Origin: Takakia lepidozioides
Taxonomy: Eukaryota > Plantae > Bryophyta
Reading direction: 5' to 3'
NCBI GenBank assembly: GCA_030704615.1
Contig: CM060731.1
Location: 46,190,001-46,254,000 of the forward strand
Length of the DNA: 64,000 nucleotides
Shown: positions 11,490 through 23,835 of the stretch, in pieces
How positions within the stretch are numbered: the stretch's first letter is position 1
How the letters are laid out: each line of letters opens with the position of its first letter
Translations under genes and position numbers: made by a program
Notes under the pieces: model-generated
The model's database searches: none
What the model was told of the DNA's origin: nothing
Seen by the model: only the letters and a program-made list of their open reading frames with translations

Positions 11490-13513
11490 TAGGCGGCGTC
11501 ACTCATTCGCATCCATGGCGCAGTTGCTGTGAAAGATGTTATTTTCTCCTCTCACTATTAAGGGGCCTGATTTGTGAGCTGCCGCTCCCAGGTGTTTCCC
11601 TATTCACAAAAAAAATAAAATGTAAAAGTTCGCCAGAAATAAAACCACTGCTCTCGCCATAAATATTGTTGTCATATCTATGGAACATATAAAAGACCTC
11701 CGAAGTATCGCTTGTAGAAGTCTCAAGCTAAGAAAAAGTATTGTGTAATAGCCAAGTTCCACGAGTTTCACAAAAGATACCACTGCGTATTCTCGTGCAA
11801 AAATTCGCACCGAATTGAAGTATGAGTGGCGTCGTTGCCCACGTCTCCATCTGTACCTGCCTTGTCACCGTCATCTCCAACCGAAGCCTTCGCCAGAGCG
11901 CCAGTGACAACCGATTCAGCATCCTCGAGAGTCGACACCCTTCCAAGAGTCACTTGTGAAGGATGGGTCGCTCATGTAAACCATTTTGAATACCGCGGTA
12001 TTGGCTATGCTTTCCCAGCTCGCGCTTCCTGATGCCGTCAAGCAAGGCTGAAGGATTCATCAAACACAACGCTTGCGAGGCATTCATGGCGCAAGCGTAT
12101 GTATTCAACTCCATCTCCACTATTCCGCTTCACCTCCCTGACAATCCCGATCGGCGTCGTTCTAAAGATGCTTGCAAGCGATTGGTTCAGGCATTTGGGG
12201 GCTCTAGGGGCTCTAGGGCTAGGAGTTTCTAAAGTTTGTCCTCAATCCTCTGAATGAATGCAATGCTGTGGCTTGTTGAACAGGTGCTTTTTGAGAAGAC
12301 CTCTTGCAGAGGTTCCTAGTTCCAGCAACTCCATGGAAGAAGATAGAATATTACTTGTATCACGATGTATAGCGGCCGGCATTTCGAGTAGCACCCATGT
12401 TGTGGTCATCTGTGTGGCTCTTCCAATTGCTATCCGATGGCTCCTCAATTTGGGGCCCAGCCAGATCTAATGGGGTTATGTTTGTGTTTTGCAGGTGAGA
12501 CTTTGACAGGGTCATTAATGTGTCTTATTTCAGTGGCTCTCATTGATGCCAACGACAACAAGGAGGAGACCCCTATCCTCATCAAAGTGAATTGAAACCA
12601 TCTTTGGGCTAAACTTGCTCAAACAGCTAGACACAGCCTTGAGCTCCTATGACTGAATACCTCAATGGTCAAACCGTGCTGGGTGATGATATTTCGAGAC
12701 TGGAGACCATAGTATGTGGTTTGGCATAGGAAATTGATTAATTGATTCCAAGTGTGAGGAGTCCCACTCTTCACATTTGGTCAAATAACAAGGTGGAAGC
12801 AGCCTCGAGGTGGTCATACCAAATTATTTTGCACCTTAGGTGGAACTGATGGTCGTTGTCACCGACCTCCCCAGTGAATTACGGCGAGCACCCACTGACT
12901 CTACTATTCTCAAGGTCAATGGATGGCTTAAGGTTACTACATCTGATGTTACATGGATGCTGAGAGGTGATGTATATCCCCCCAGCACTATCACTGATCT
13001 GTTCAGAGTGAAGACTGCATGGCAAACCTTGTTGTGATATGAGGAGGATTGAAAGAAAGATGTATATTATAGATGGGTTCAAAGAGGGCAGAAAATTGTC
13101 GGCAAAACATCCTTGGGCAAGGATTTTCTGCCATGAAAAAATTCAAATTTTTATTTTATGCTTCGGGCTGTATTTCACTCTGTTGCTCGGTGCACCCTGG
13201 CAGGGGAAAGTTCCAAGAGACAAAGACCATTCAGAATACACACAAAAGTTGAGTAGGGTTATATGACCAAGGAAAACAAAGGGATCACAAAGTGGAGCTC
13301 AGTATGGTTCTTATACTAAATTACAGTTCTGAATGTAACATACTTATTCAACCATTTTTGCCTGATGCTTGCTACTCAGTCAATGGACTAAACACTGATG
13401 ACCTGTAATTCATGAAGCTACAGACTGCAGTTCTTCCAAGCCTTCTCACCGGGAGTTAGTGGTGAATAGCGAGTTGTTCTTCAGCTTGATGCATGACATT
13501 GTAGGCGGATTAC

Positions 13514-16500
13514 TTACGATTGCAGTCGCTCCACAATGAGTGGCATCCCATAGTCGGGTCTGAGTGTAATCGTAGCATGCGGGGCATGACGGTAAGAAGG
13601 AGAGAGGTGAAAAGAGAATCGCTGTACCATCATAGCTAGCAGCACTTTGGCCTCCATTACTGCAAAGTTCTGGCCCACACAATTACGGGGCCCACTTGAG
13701 AAGGGCATGAATGCCCCTGCAATCTTGGATGCTTTGGATATTCCTCCAGCAAATCGCTCAGGGTTGAATTCAAGGGCGTCCTCACCCCACAGCTGTGGAT
13801 CGTGATGCATTTGCACTTGGTTGGTGATAATAGTAAGTCCTTTTGGGATGAGCAGATTGCCCAACCAAAGGTCTTTTGCAGCCTGCCGAGACAGATGTGG
13901 AACAGGAGGGTAAAGCCGCATAGATTCATTCAACACCATTCCAACCTGCAGACAACAGAGTCATGCTCATGTCAATTAAATAACAAGACTCCAGAACTCA
14001 AGCCTTCACGAGGATGCTAACAAACAGCCGAGTGCAATACTGTTGCTAATCCAGTTTCAGATTACCAATTGAATGCACTGATGACATTTGTGAAACAGTG
14101 TACACCAAAACAACAAATCAGTCCCTAGTCTTGTATACAATGTAGAGGGCAGCATAGAGAGAGGAAACCCTGATGGCTTGATAGGCGAAAGAGAATCTAG
14201 ACACTTGCTCAAGATGGTTTGATATTTGAGGCTCAGAACTCACAAGTTTCAGCTTGCCGAGATTCTGGCCATCAGGAGACGCGCCTTTGCAAACCTCCTG
14301 CACTTCTTTACGCAGACGATCCTGCCACTCGGGATATACCGACAGCAACATCAAAGTCCATGTCAGAGAAACCGCGGTGGTTTCATGGCCAGCGAAGAAG
14401 AAGGTCTTGCACTCATCTACCACCTGCTGGTTTGTGAGTCGGGCTTGTGTAGGATTGGCCTTGTGGTTGTCCTCACTTACAGACAACATTATACCTAGCA
14501 GATCATTTCCAAATGAGGCACTTTTTCCAAGAATCACAGAGTCACGCCGGGCTTGGATGATCTCTCTGAGACCCTTTGTGATCTCGTTTTGTGCTTTCCA
14601 CAGTGCTCGATTGTGTTGGACAGGAAAGAACCTGCAAATATACCCAAAGAACACTTCAAAACAAGTAGCTTGGCAAAGAGAGAGGTTACGATACTAAGCT
14701 TAAAATTGAATTGTCCTAACATGAGCAGAAGTAATCGCTTTTCAACTACTTTCTGGAACTTCTGATGGATAGCTTAAGACATAATTTGAAGATAATGGGT
14801 TCCATTTGGATTTCGACATTTATACGGAGAGACAGATGAGCATCATGCTTGAAGTGGTCTCGAGACATCACACGACGTCAAGGCCACTTTAATGCAAACC
14901 TCATCTGGCTTGTTTCTTCAGTCATGGGTAGCATCCACCCTCTGAGAGTAGGCCAACCACTCACCAAAGAAAAGCATACTGTCTTTTGTCAGACTCATCA
15001 CACCCATACATGCTGACTGCTCAATAGTTCCCAAAATTTCTTGCAGATGGCTGAAAGCTCTTGAGTAGAAAGCTCCTCTTGGGCCATGCATAAGAAAATT
15101 CATCCACTCATCTGTCGAATTCTCCTCCATGAATATCCATGTAAGTTAAGTAACAAGGTCTGACGGTGTTCTCTAATTTCCAAGTGTACTGAAAATAGAA
15201 GAGAAAGTGTAGGGACACACTTGAAGCCTGGGATCCATAAGTATCTTCCAGCTGTAGTAGCAAGCATCCCAATCTTGGCCTGCTTATCAAACAGCTCTTT
15301 TCCTTCCTTGTAGCAGGTTGTACCAAATGCCGTCCGAGCAATAATATCTGCTGTAACATTTGCAAGATGGCTGGATACATCAATCTCCACTTTGTTCAGC
15401 CCGGAATTGTTCACTAGTCTCTCCCACTCCTCCAACATCAGTGAAGTGCTTGTAACAAATTCCCCTGTCATGTCCTGCATAAAATCATATTGATTGAGAC
15501 ATTCTCTCAGCTTTATAATTTAGTAGGAACCACAACACACTCCACAAGTGAGAAGTGAGGGACACTTGGATGATCACTGCACAGGAGAAACACTTGGGTT
15601 GCTGGGAAACAGCAACGCCGGCTGTAGCGGTTTTATTGCATTGGACATAGCTCTGAGCTTGAATCTGGTGTCATTACTTCCAATCATTTGAAAGTCGTTC
15701 AATCATTACACCTAGTTCAGGAATCGCAGAAAGATCTTCTATGGGCCCTCAAGGTTTAAGGTGAAAAGCATGTTCTTTACAGTTACTGAATGCATGACTT
15801 TTCTAAATTTCCAGTTGTCAAACAAACTTCAGACAAGTTTATCTCAAAAGCCTGTACCTTCAGTTTGTCTGAGTGAAAAGCAGGGGCCACCACAAGTCTC
15901 TGATTAACCCAGTCCTCGCCTTGTGCCGTCACCAGCCCATTCCCTAAGAGAGACTGCAGAAATGAGACTGCTATATCTGGTTTCACGTAGGTAAGACGAT
16001 TGGCGTAGACTTGTTTGACCTGCTCCGGATCAGTGATTGTCATTCTTGCCTCTGGGCCCCAGAACCACACCACTGGTTGGCCTGCAAGGAATCCAAGATG
16101 CAATAGGGTCAAGTAACTGCATTTCTTTAACATCCACTGTGCAACACACTTCCCACCACTTGTAACCAGCCACCCTGGATGGAGCGCTGTTGCTTTTGCA
16201 ACTGGCTCCTTGGGACGTCCATCCGTGCTAAATTCCTTCCAAAGAGAAGGGAGTTGTAGAGGAAAAGTTTAGAAAGGTCACTGGGCTAGTTACTTCCATG
16301 TGTACTTCAATTATCCTCACTCTTTGTAGTTCATTGACTGATACCAACAGGGTTACTTTGTCTTTGTGCCTGCTTTTGAATACCAGTACAGTTGTGAGGG
16401 TGAGGGGAAAAGGAGGCAGAGATGATCTTGCTTGCTTTCTTGGGCCATAAGGATTCTACCGCAGGACTGAGTCTGTGGACAACAGGAAAGGAGGGTAGTG

Positions 16501-16861
16501 AGTGCCCGGCAGAGTCTAAGAATCGAGCGAACCTCAACTTACCGTTGTATAATTTCCGCAGCTTGGAGAACATTGCATTTGTGCGCCACATTATATCGTG
16601 GTTTGTTGGTCCATCAACATCACGAGAATTTGCCTCCTTATCCAGCTTTTGGAACTCCAAGAAATCGCCTAAGACTGGACGGAATGGTGTGCTCTTAATA
16701 CCTTGCTTCTCCATCGCCCATTTAATCTTTAAAGGTCTCAGAAGCATGTACCTCACAAATTTGGTTAGGAGTGAGGTTACCGTTACTGCCACCAGAGCAA
16801 CTACTAATTGGCCCCATCCAAAAGCGCCAGTCTGTCGAAATTGAACCAGCTCAGGCTCCAT
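13514..16861 (-). CDS. Cytochrome P450, CYP72 clan; 5 exons (16861-16543, 16081-15858, 15474-15221, 14631-14244, 13945-13514), 538 aa
   Basis: N-terminal membrane anchor, GNGLVTAQGEDW, ADIIARTAFG, I-helix DECKTFFFAGHETT, ESMRLYPP (ExxR), FNPERF, heme motif FSSGPRNCVG. All four introns are GT-AG with consistent phases. The 5-exon layout is typical of the CYP72 clan. Confidence 0.95.
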
Positions 16862-17582
16862 TGACGAAGAGGGAGATACTCGTGAACTACGAAGAGGATG
16901 ATTCACCAAGCTGTAGCGGAGATTAGACCAGTACTGAACCTCTAGAAAGCAGGCACTACGATGTCAAACCTTTCAAAATGCGACAGATAAATCTGATGCC
17001 CATGAAGAATCTGCAATTCTTGGCAAAAATCTTCCCATGAAATCGAGAAGCTTATCCAAATGTGGATTCTGCATCTCCTCAGCTCATAGATAAGTTCTAG
17101 GTGACGTGGTTGCCACGACTTAGACTGGACGAGAAATTTCCGTCTACAATGCCTCACAATTGCCTATGCACATAGCCGACACCACATGGTCATGAAACAG
17201 AGTTGAAATTGAAAGCAAGATCCGTCACCCTCTGCTCAGCTTGTAAGTACTTACATGGAAGGACGCTCTTGATTCATCTCTCGCAACACAAGCAGGGCCC
17301 ACAAATCCACTGTGGACATAGCCATGTTTAGTACCCAACTGAAATTCCTCGCCCACGCCATCAGCGGTTTTGGCGCTCAAATCTTTGATCATCTACGACT
17401 TGGCCAACTTCCATGTCCCTGGCCACGTTACCCAAAGTTAGCCGACGTCTGGCGGACTGGTGGCATGGGTGGTTGCTTTCGTGTAGGGTAAGGAACCGGG
17501 GCGCGGGGGTTCACCAGTTTTCGCCCCCTAATAAGACTCTGGGCGCACGTCAGGTCCAACGAGTGAGGATTCACCAATATAA

Positions 17583-17964
17583 GGGCTGCTTTACACTAGG
17601 GCCGGGCCCAAGCCCAGGAAATCCTGGGCCCAATTTCTACCACTCTTGGGCTGGTCTTGGGCCAACTTCAATAGTCGTGATCGCACAAAAATAGTCTATT
17701 TTAATACCAAACTTCTTGAGCTTCTTGGGCCCAAGAGCCGAGAGTTGGGTCTCCATTCTAGGAGGGTTTCTTTTTCTTGGTCCGGCCCAAGAAGTTGGCG
17801 CCAAGACTTGTGTCATGTAGGTGCTATGTAGGCAAATGACCCACTTCCATTTTCTTGGGCTCAGGCCGTAGTGTAAAGCCGTTGGCCCAATTTTCAGGCC
17901 TCCGCCAATGGGAATGCTCCATTCTCACTTGGTCTTGGGCTTGGGCCCTAGTGTAAAGCGGCCC
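17583..17964. mobile_element. PIF/Harbinger (Tourist-like) MITE ~720 bp upstream of the P450 start
   Basis: TIR GGGCTGCTTTACACTAGGGCC / GGCCCTAGTGTAAAGCGGCCC. TAA TSD on both sides. Confidence 0.85.
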
Positions 17965-18531
17965 TAAGCCCACGCAAAGAACAAGGGAAATATTTGAAGC
18001 GTTGTTTATGGGTTCGAAAGCAATTGGGCAATAGGTCTGCCTCACTATCCAAGGCCTGGACCAATTGAGCCGGTCACTTGGCAAAGGGTGGGTCCCGCAA
18101 GAAAGAGTGTGGCGGGTCAAGCAATGTGCATGAAGGTGACCGAGCGATTACTCTTATCGGCCATGAACTCTAGTGCCAAAATTCTCGGATATTGTGCACA
18201 TCGATATCTGGGCACCGGCGAAAATTAACACATGGAAGCACGGTGTCATTTTTGTCCTGCAAATGGAAGTTGGCCCTCCTAGAAACGCTAAAACAAGTAG
18301 ACAACAACAGCACAACGACATTAATTGCACGGACCCCATGTTGCGTGAAGGTAAGGAAGAACATCAATTTCAGGTCAGCACTCAAAGTTACCCACAATGC
18401 ACATTCAGAATATATATAGAGACGCCTCCCCAAGGGAGCGAAAAGTATGGTGTCTCTTCACCACAAGGGCTACTGCCTTCTAGCTGAAAGGTGGACAAAG
18501 AGAAAGATATGACTCTGCCGGTGCCAACGTA

Positions 18532-18685
18532 ACTAAGAGCCACTTCACCTTGCGGCTACTGCCCCTTTCGGGGGTGGGCCCTATTCAAAAGGTGGACACC
18601 TTCATGACACACCAAGACCGTGGTTTGAACCCACAACCACATGCAACGTGGTATGTGCCCCTTACCACTAGGCTACATGCTGGTT
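18532..18685 (-). mobile_element. Short element with a tRNA-like head (A/B boxes) and a double-hairpin 3' end
   Basis: Minus strand: TAGCCTAGTGGTAAGG (A box) ... GGTTCAAACC (B box) ... GCCCACCCCCGAAAGGGGCAGTAGCCGCAAGGTGAAGTGGCTCTTAGT. The tail recurs at 28935-28994 on +. Confidence 0.6.
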
Positions 18686-20081
18686 GTCGCACTTTCAGAA
18701 CACTCTACCGGACCACTTCTCTCATCGAGGTAAGGGATATAAACTTTGAGCCACCGTCATTGGGGAGTTCGCACAAGTCACAGTCAGCGATCTTTGAACT
18801 AAGCTTCACATGGAGATAACGAAAATCCTGCAAAGCCTTATTTCCAAGCACACCACCTGATCGCACACAGGGACTACCTACCAGTGTACACATGTATAAT
18901 AGTTTACATTGTGGAATCCGATTATTTGCTACTCCAGACTCACCCTCACATTTATGGATCACAATATGTAGAGCAGTTTCATTCAAGGGGAATCTGTTGA
19001 AGGCCCCAGAAAAAAAAGATAAAGGGTTCGACGAATGAGGTGGCACGGAGAGGTGTGTGGGTAGGGATAATTTAGCTTGTGAGGTCTCAAGCAACCAGAA
19101 AGAATGGAGCAGATGGCTAGATATCGGGTGTAGTCGGTGATTGACTAGTTGACTTTCTAGATAGTTATAATTTCTAGATAGTTATGTAGGTAGGTATAGT
19201 GAATTGGTATAGCCATCTTCACTAGTTGAATTTCTAGATAGTTCTACTACTGTATAGCAAATTGATCTATGTATAGCATGTTATCTGTGTAGCCATGCAC
19301 ATTTCTTTCTGTATAACCAGCTTCAATTCTCCAGCAGGTTCAGTGGCAGTTTACTTTAATTCTGATTTCTGGAACTCTGGCTAGACTCAGCTATGTGATT
19401 AATGAAACCACAGTTTCACAAGAGCCTCTTGGGAGAATAGAGATTGCAGTTGCTATAAGATATGTAGAACCATCAATGTTGTCGCAACAAGTTCGGGGAT
19501 GGCAGACATGATGGATGTTATTATAACATGAAGAAACAGGGTTGTGGCTGGCTGGGCACCCAAATTTGCAGGGGTGTTGTTGCTCGGGGGACCCACCAGC
19601 TGGGGGCACTCCAAACGTTATTTGTCCTTCACCCCTCGCGGTTATTGTTCCACATGGCCCATGTCTCGGCCTGTTGGGGGGGGGGTTCCGTCGGCCCGCA
19701 CGCGGTTCAATATATAATAATAATATTTGACGCCTCCCGAAGTCCCGTGGTCCATATATACCAGTGTTGTACTGGAATCGGTGTTCAATCCGGGTATCAC
19801 TAATGGGTATCAACCTAGTATCGCAGAACCTACCAGTCGAGTAGGTGGTGGCGGCAATACCTAGGTTCGACCCAAGTCACCCTAATATCACTCTAGGCTC
19901 TACCATGTTGATAATGAGAACTGACACCTTGCATTTTTCTTGCAATACCAGTATTGAGACACATATTGGCCCAAAAAAATTAGTGAATCCTAGGTAGGGT
20001 TCATGGACGCTAAACTGTGAGCGGTGTATTTCCGCGGATTACTGCATAACGACCCTATATCCGAGGATGCCAAAAAATGAC

Positions 20082-20315
20082 AATATGAGGGTCATTGTCC
20101 CTGTTTTGTAAAAACAAATATTAAATAAGTTAAATTAAAACAACACTGTTGTCTGGTGCATACGAAATATGAGGGCCTGTCCCCTGTTTCGAATATATAT
20201 ATATATATATATAATTAAAATAAATTTTGAAAAATAATTGTTGTAAAGAAAAACAATGTTATCTGGTATGCACCGGCGCATACGAAATATGAGAGCCACT
20301 GTCCCCTGTTTTGTT
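20082..20315 (+). repeat. Three partial or complete copies of the ~60-bp palindrome-core repeat
   Basis: TGTT(G/A)TCTGGT...GCATACGAAATATGAG(G/A)GCCACTGTCCCCTGTTT units separated by AT-rich DNA. Same unit as 26162-27450. Confidence 0.85.
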
Positions 20316-21302
20316 GAAGTAATAATAATAATGGCCTCGTCGGCGCTCCGCGGTTTGCGGTGAGTACGACGGGGGACTTAGCCGATTCTCCCTGAACTTT
20401 GAGCTTCTGTGATTTCATCACCGAGCGTGATCTCCTCTCTGGTTCACTCCTATGTTGAAAGGCAATGATAGACTTTCAAAGGAAAATTCCAATGCTCTCA
20501 GGCCCTGTGCTTTCCAACGGACAAAGATGAAGCAAGGTTCATGACAATACATCTCGTTCATCTATCTCCCCAGGATCTCCCATCTTTCTTCTTTCATTCC
20601 TCTTTCTGTTACTAGCAAGCATGGCTCCTCATGGAAAATATCTTCATTCATAAGCTCTAGAAACATCATTCTCCTCCCTCTCACCACCTCGGCTCTGTTT
20701 ATGAGCCGTCACGTCAACTTCGGCGTAGCCACCTCTCTGGTATGTCCCCCCTAGGAACTAAAGTCCTTGTCACAAAATGGTGGCTACTTACTCTCTGCAA
20801 AGTCTCTGCAAAGCCTCCACAAAGGCAGAATCTCTTTATGAACTGTGACAGAAGAGCGATAAATGGAGGATATTGGGCCGCCCTTCACCCTTACGTCCTC
20901 TATTAACAGGGAAGTATCACTGCCCTATCATAGATCAATCTGCGTTGTGGCGATTCTTGTTTATACTGTAACAAGGTCTGGTTTCGAGCTCAAATGTGCA
21001 GGCAACCGGCATCTTAGTTTGTCAAGATTACATCACTGCAACTGCTTCATTCCCACCCCCCTGCAATTCCACCTCCTCTTTCTCCTATCCTCTCTCTTCA
21101 GTGCCCGCGATGGCCTCTCACTTCAGTGCCCGCGGTGACCACTAACCCCACAATTTCCCTTTCTCAAAACAACTCTCTCCTCCCCTTTTCTAGTCTCAGC
21201 TGATTCATCTCAAACTTGCATTCACTGAAGCAGCTATTCATTCCATTTCTTGGATAATCAACGCTCTACCCTATCCTTCGTTGGGAAGACACTGTTCTTC
21301 AC

Positions 21303-22170
21303 ATGAAGAAGGAGCAGCCAATTCTGACCCTCAACAAGGCCAAATTACAAGCGCAAACTGAGAAGCTAACCAAAACAGGCATACTGCTATACTTTCTTGG
21401 AAAACCGTGGCACGGAGGTCGATTAGACGATGGGTCATCGAACATCTGGGAGAGAAAGGTGGCACATCATTTCAGCCTCTCCATGGGGCGAGGTTTCTAT
21501 GCGATCCTCTTTTCCTCGTCCACTGATGCAGACAAGGCACTCCGCTTCAACACCCAGCAGTCCTCAACAAGAGTGTATATCTTCCCTTGGACACATGATT
21601 GGGGCCACAAAAAGGGCATTTTGTGGAGACCTAGGGTGATAGCAATCCCCTTCCTCCCACCCACTTATCTCACTTCGTTGCCTGAGATTGGTGCCAGCTT
21701 TGGCACATTCATAGGAGCTATAAACATGTTTGAGCCGGTGCAAGACACAGTCTTAAGTGTTGACACTGAGGTGACAAATTATGAATCCAACTCAGACAGT
21801 GGAGTCCCTAAGATCATAGTGCTCATGCCAGAGAATGCGCCAATTGGAACCTCCATTAAGCTGCCAACACTGGACGACTCATTCATTGTGGTAGCAGTGA
21901 AAGAGGAGGTCATTTCCATTATCTGTTTCCAATGCAATGCTGAAGGTCACATCAAGGCAGACTGCCCCATTGGCAAAGGCACCAAGAGAGATGAGGGATC
22001 CTCTCAACCATTAGAGGACCTTTCTAAAGAAGGGCAGAGCTCACGAGACCAGGAAACAAACGCAAAGGTGGCAAGTGGGCTAGCCATGGACATGATGAGG
22101 ATTCCCACCTCAAAAAAAAGGAAGAGAAACATAGATCACCAAGAGACAAACCTCCCAAAAAGACCTACGG
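21303..22170 (+). pseudogene. L1-type LINE ORF1 fragment (DUF4283-like region + CCHC zinc knuckle)
   Basis: GILLYFLGKP...MGRGFYAILFSS...YIFPW...LPEIGASFGTF followed by CFQCNAEGHIKADC. No intact ORF2 follows. Confidence 0.7.
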
Positions 22171-23447
22171 GCTCTGGCTTCTTCCCTGTCAGAATCATGG
22201 AGGCTTGGGGCTCTTTCCTCTTATTAGAAATGGACCTGCAGCAACTGGACACTACCAGCCTGACAATCTTTTTTTTTGGAGTTACACTCCTTCAAAATGA
22301 AGCCGCTGTCTGGCTGGGCCACCAGTTTCCGCCAGTTTTCTACCTACATAGTTTTATTAACCCTTCAAATAGGCGTTTCCGCTATCATATCCATGACTAC
22401 TACGTCTACGAAGCACTCTTCAGCCACCATCGCTACCTCCCATCTCACTCTCTTCTCTCAGCAGCTTGCCCTCTTTACCCACCTCTTTGTTTGCTACCAT
22501 GGCCTTCGCCTCATCATGCTGCTCAAATGAAACCAGTTTTGGAAAGTTTCACAATATATATGCTTTCTGGTGTATCACAATACAAAAAGAGGTCATAGCT
22601 TTGTCTGCTCTTTGCTATTCGCTAACAGGCTCCAAGCGGACGACCAGATGAAGAAAATGACACTATTCCCTCAAGTACTCCTACAGCTACGATCGCACGG
22701 GTCGACACAAAGTTCACAATAACCCCGAAGACCTAGTATGTCTACACAGACACGCTCAAGCGGCAGTATTCCAAGGCCACCGAGAACATGACTCGACCCA
22801 ATTGCTATGGTAACATACAATCAGCGACCTTGTTGCTATCCCTGCTTTTTTTTGTCCCCCTCCTTCGAGCTCCTCCATGCTCTGTCGACTCACTGGGACC
22901 AGCAAAAGGCGCCGATGGAGCACATCTTCCCGATCACCGATCACCCAGAGTCTTTCCCTCAGCACTGCCTTTTGGACGCATCTAACTCACATGTCTCATA
23001 TACACAAAAGCAACCCCCGGAGGGCACTTGACGGGCTACCACATCTCGTGAAGTATCCCCAACCCGAGAGTTCATCAGGAAAACTCGCAGCTGCCGAAAT
23101 AGAACGACCCTACGCACGCAACAGCAAATAGTTCACCTTGGCTTCGACGCCGTGGAGCTAGCAACCAATTTAAATCTACCAAGTAATACCAACCTATCTA
23201 TCAAACAATATAAATCTACCAAACAATACCAACCTACCTATCAAACAATACAAACCTATCAAATAGTACCTACTAACCTACCTACATTTCACCAGTATAA
23301 GAGGCTTATGTCTCCAATTTGAGTTCATGGATTCCTGTAGCGGTTGGACCTCTCAAACTCATAGAGTTTCAACAAAACGTGGGCAACATAACTCAAGGTA
23401 TGTTTCTAATAACACTTCTACATATGTTATCTACAAGTAGAAGATGA

Positions 23448-23835
23448 GGGGGGTACCGTACACAATACCCCTATATTCCTTGACGTCGATATCTTTCTAT
23501 CAACTTATTTTTTCTCATTTTCAAGGAAAAGATGAGGATGTAGCGTACGCAACACCCTAATGAACATAATGAAATATCTTACATTTCGTGAATATGTCCA
23601 AACCTTAAACCCTAAACCCTAAAGAGGTGGTTGCGTACGCAACACCCGCTTAGTCAACATGTACTCTTATTAATTTTTCATTTGACTAGGGGTGTTGCGC
23701 ATGCTACACCCATATATTCGACGATGCTCTTTCTTCCCTTTTTATATTCTCATTATTGCAATAAGATACAACGACATAACACAAAACAAAATAAAATCCA
23801 CAATGCAAACTACAGGCTGTTGCGTACGCAACACA
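23448..23835. repeat. Cluster of GTTGCGTACGCAAC-type palindromes
   Basis: Copies near 23448 (degenerate), 23538, 23628, 23690 and 23817, with a TAAACCC run at 23600-23623 between them. Confidence 0.7.

Noticed and set aside
12490-13040. Possible decayed gene fragment on +
   Set aside because: A splice-acceptor-like site and a short ORF, but no recognisable domain.
18612-18683. Functional tRNA gene (also 10508-10580)
   Set aside because: Only A/B-box similarity. Acceptor and anticodon stems are not canonical, and there is no clean Pol III terminator.
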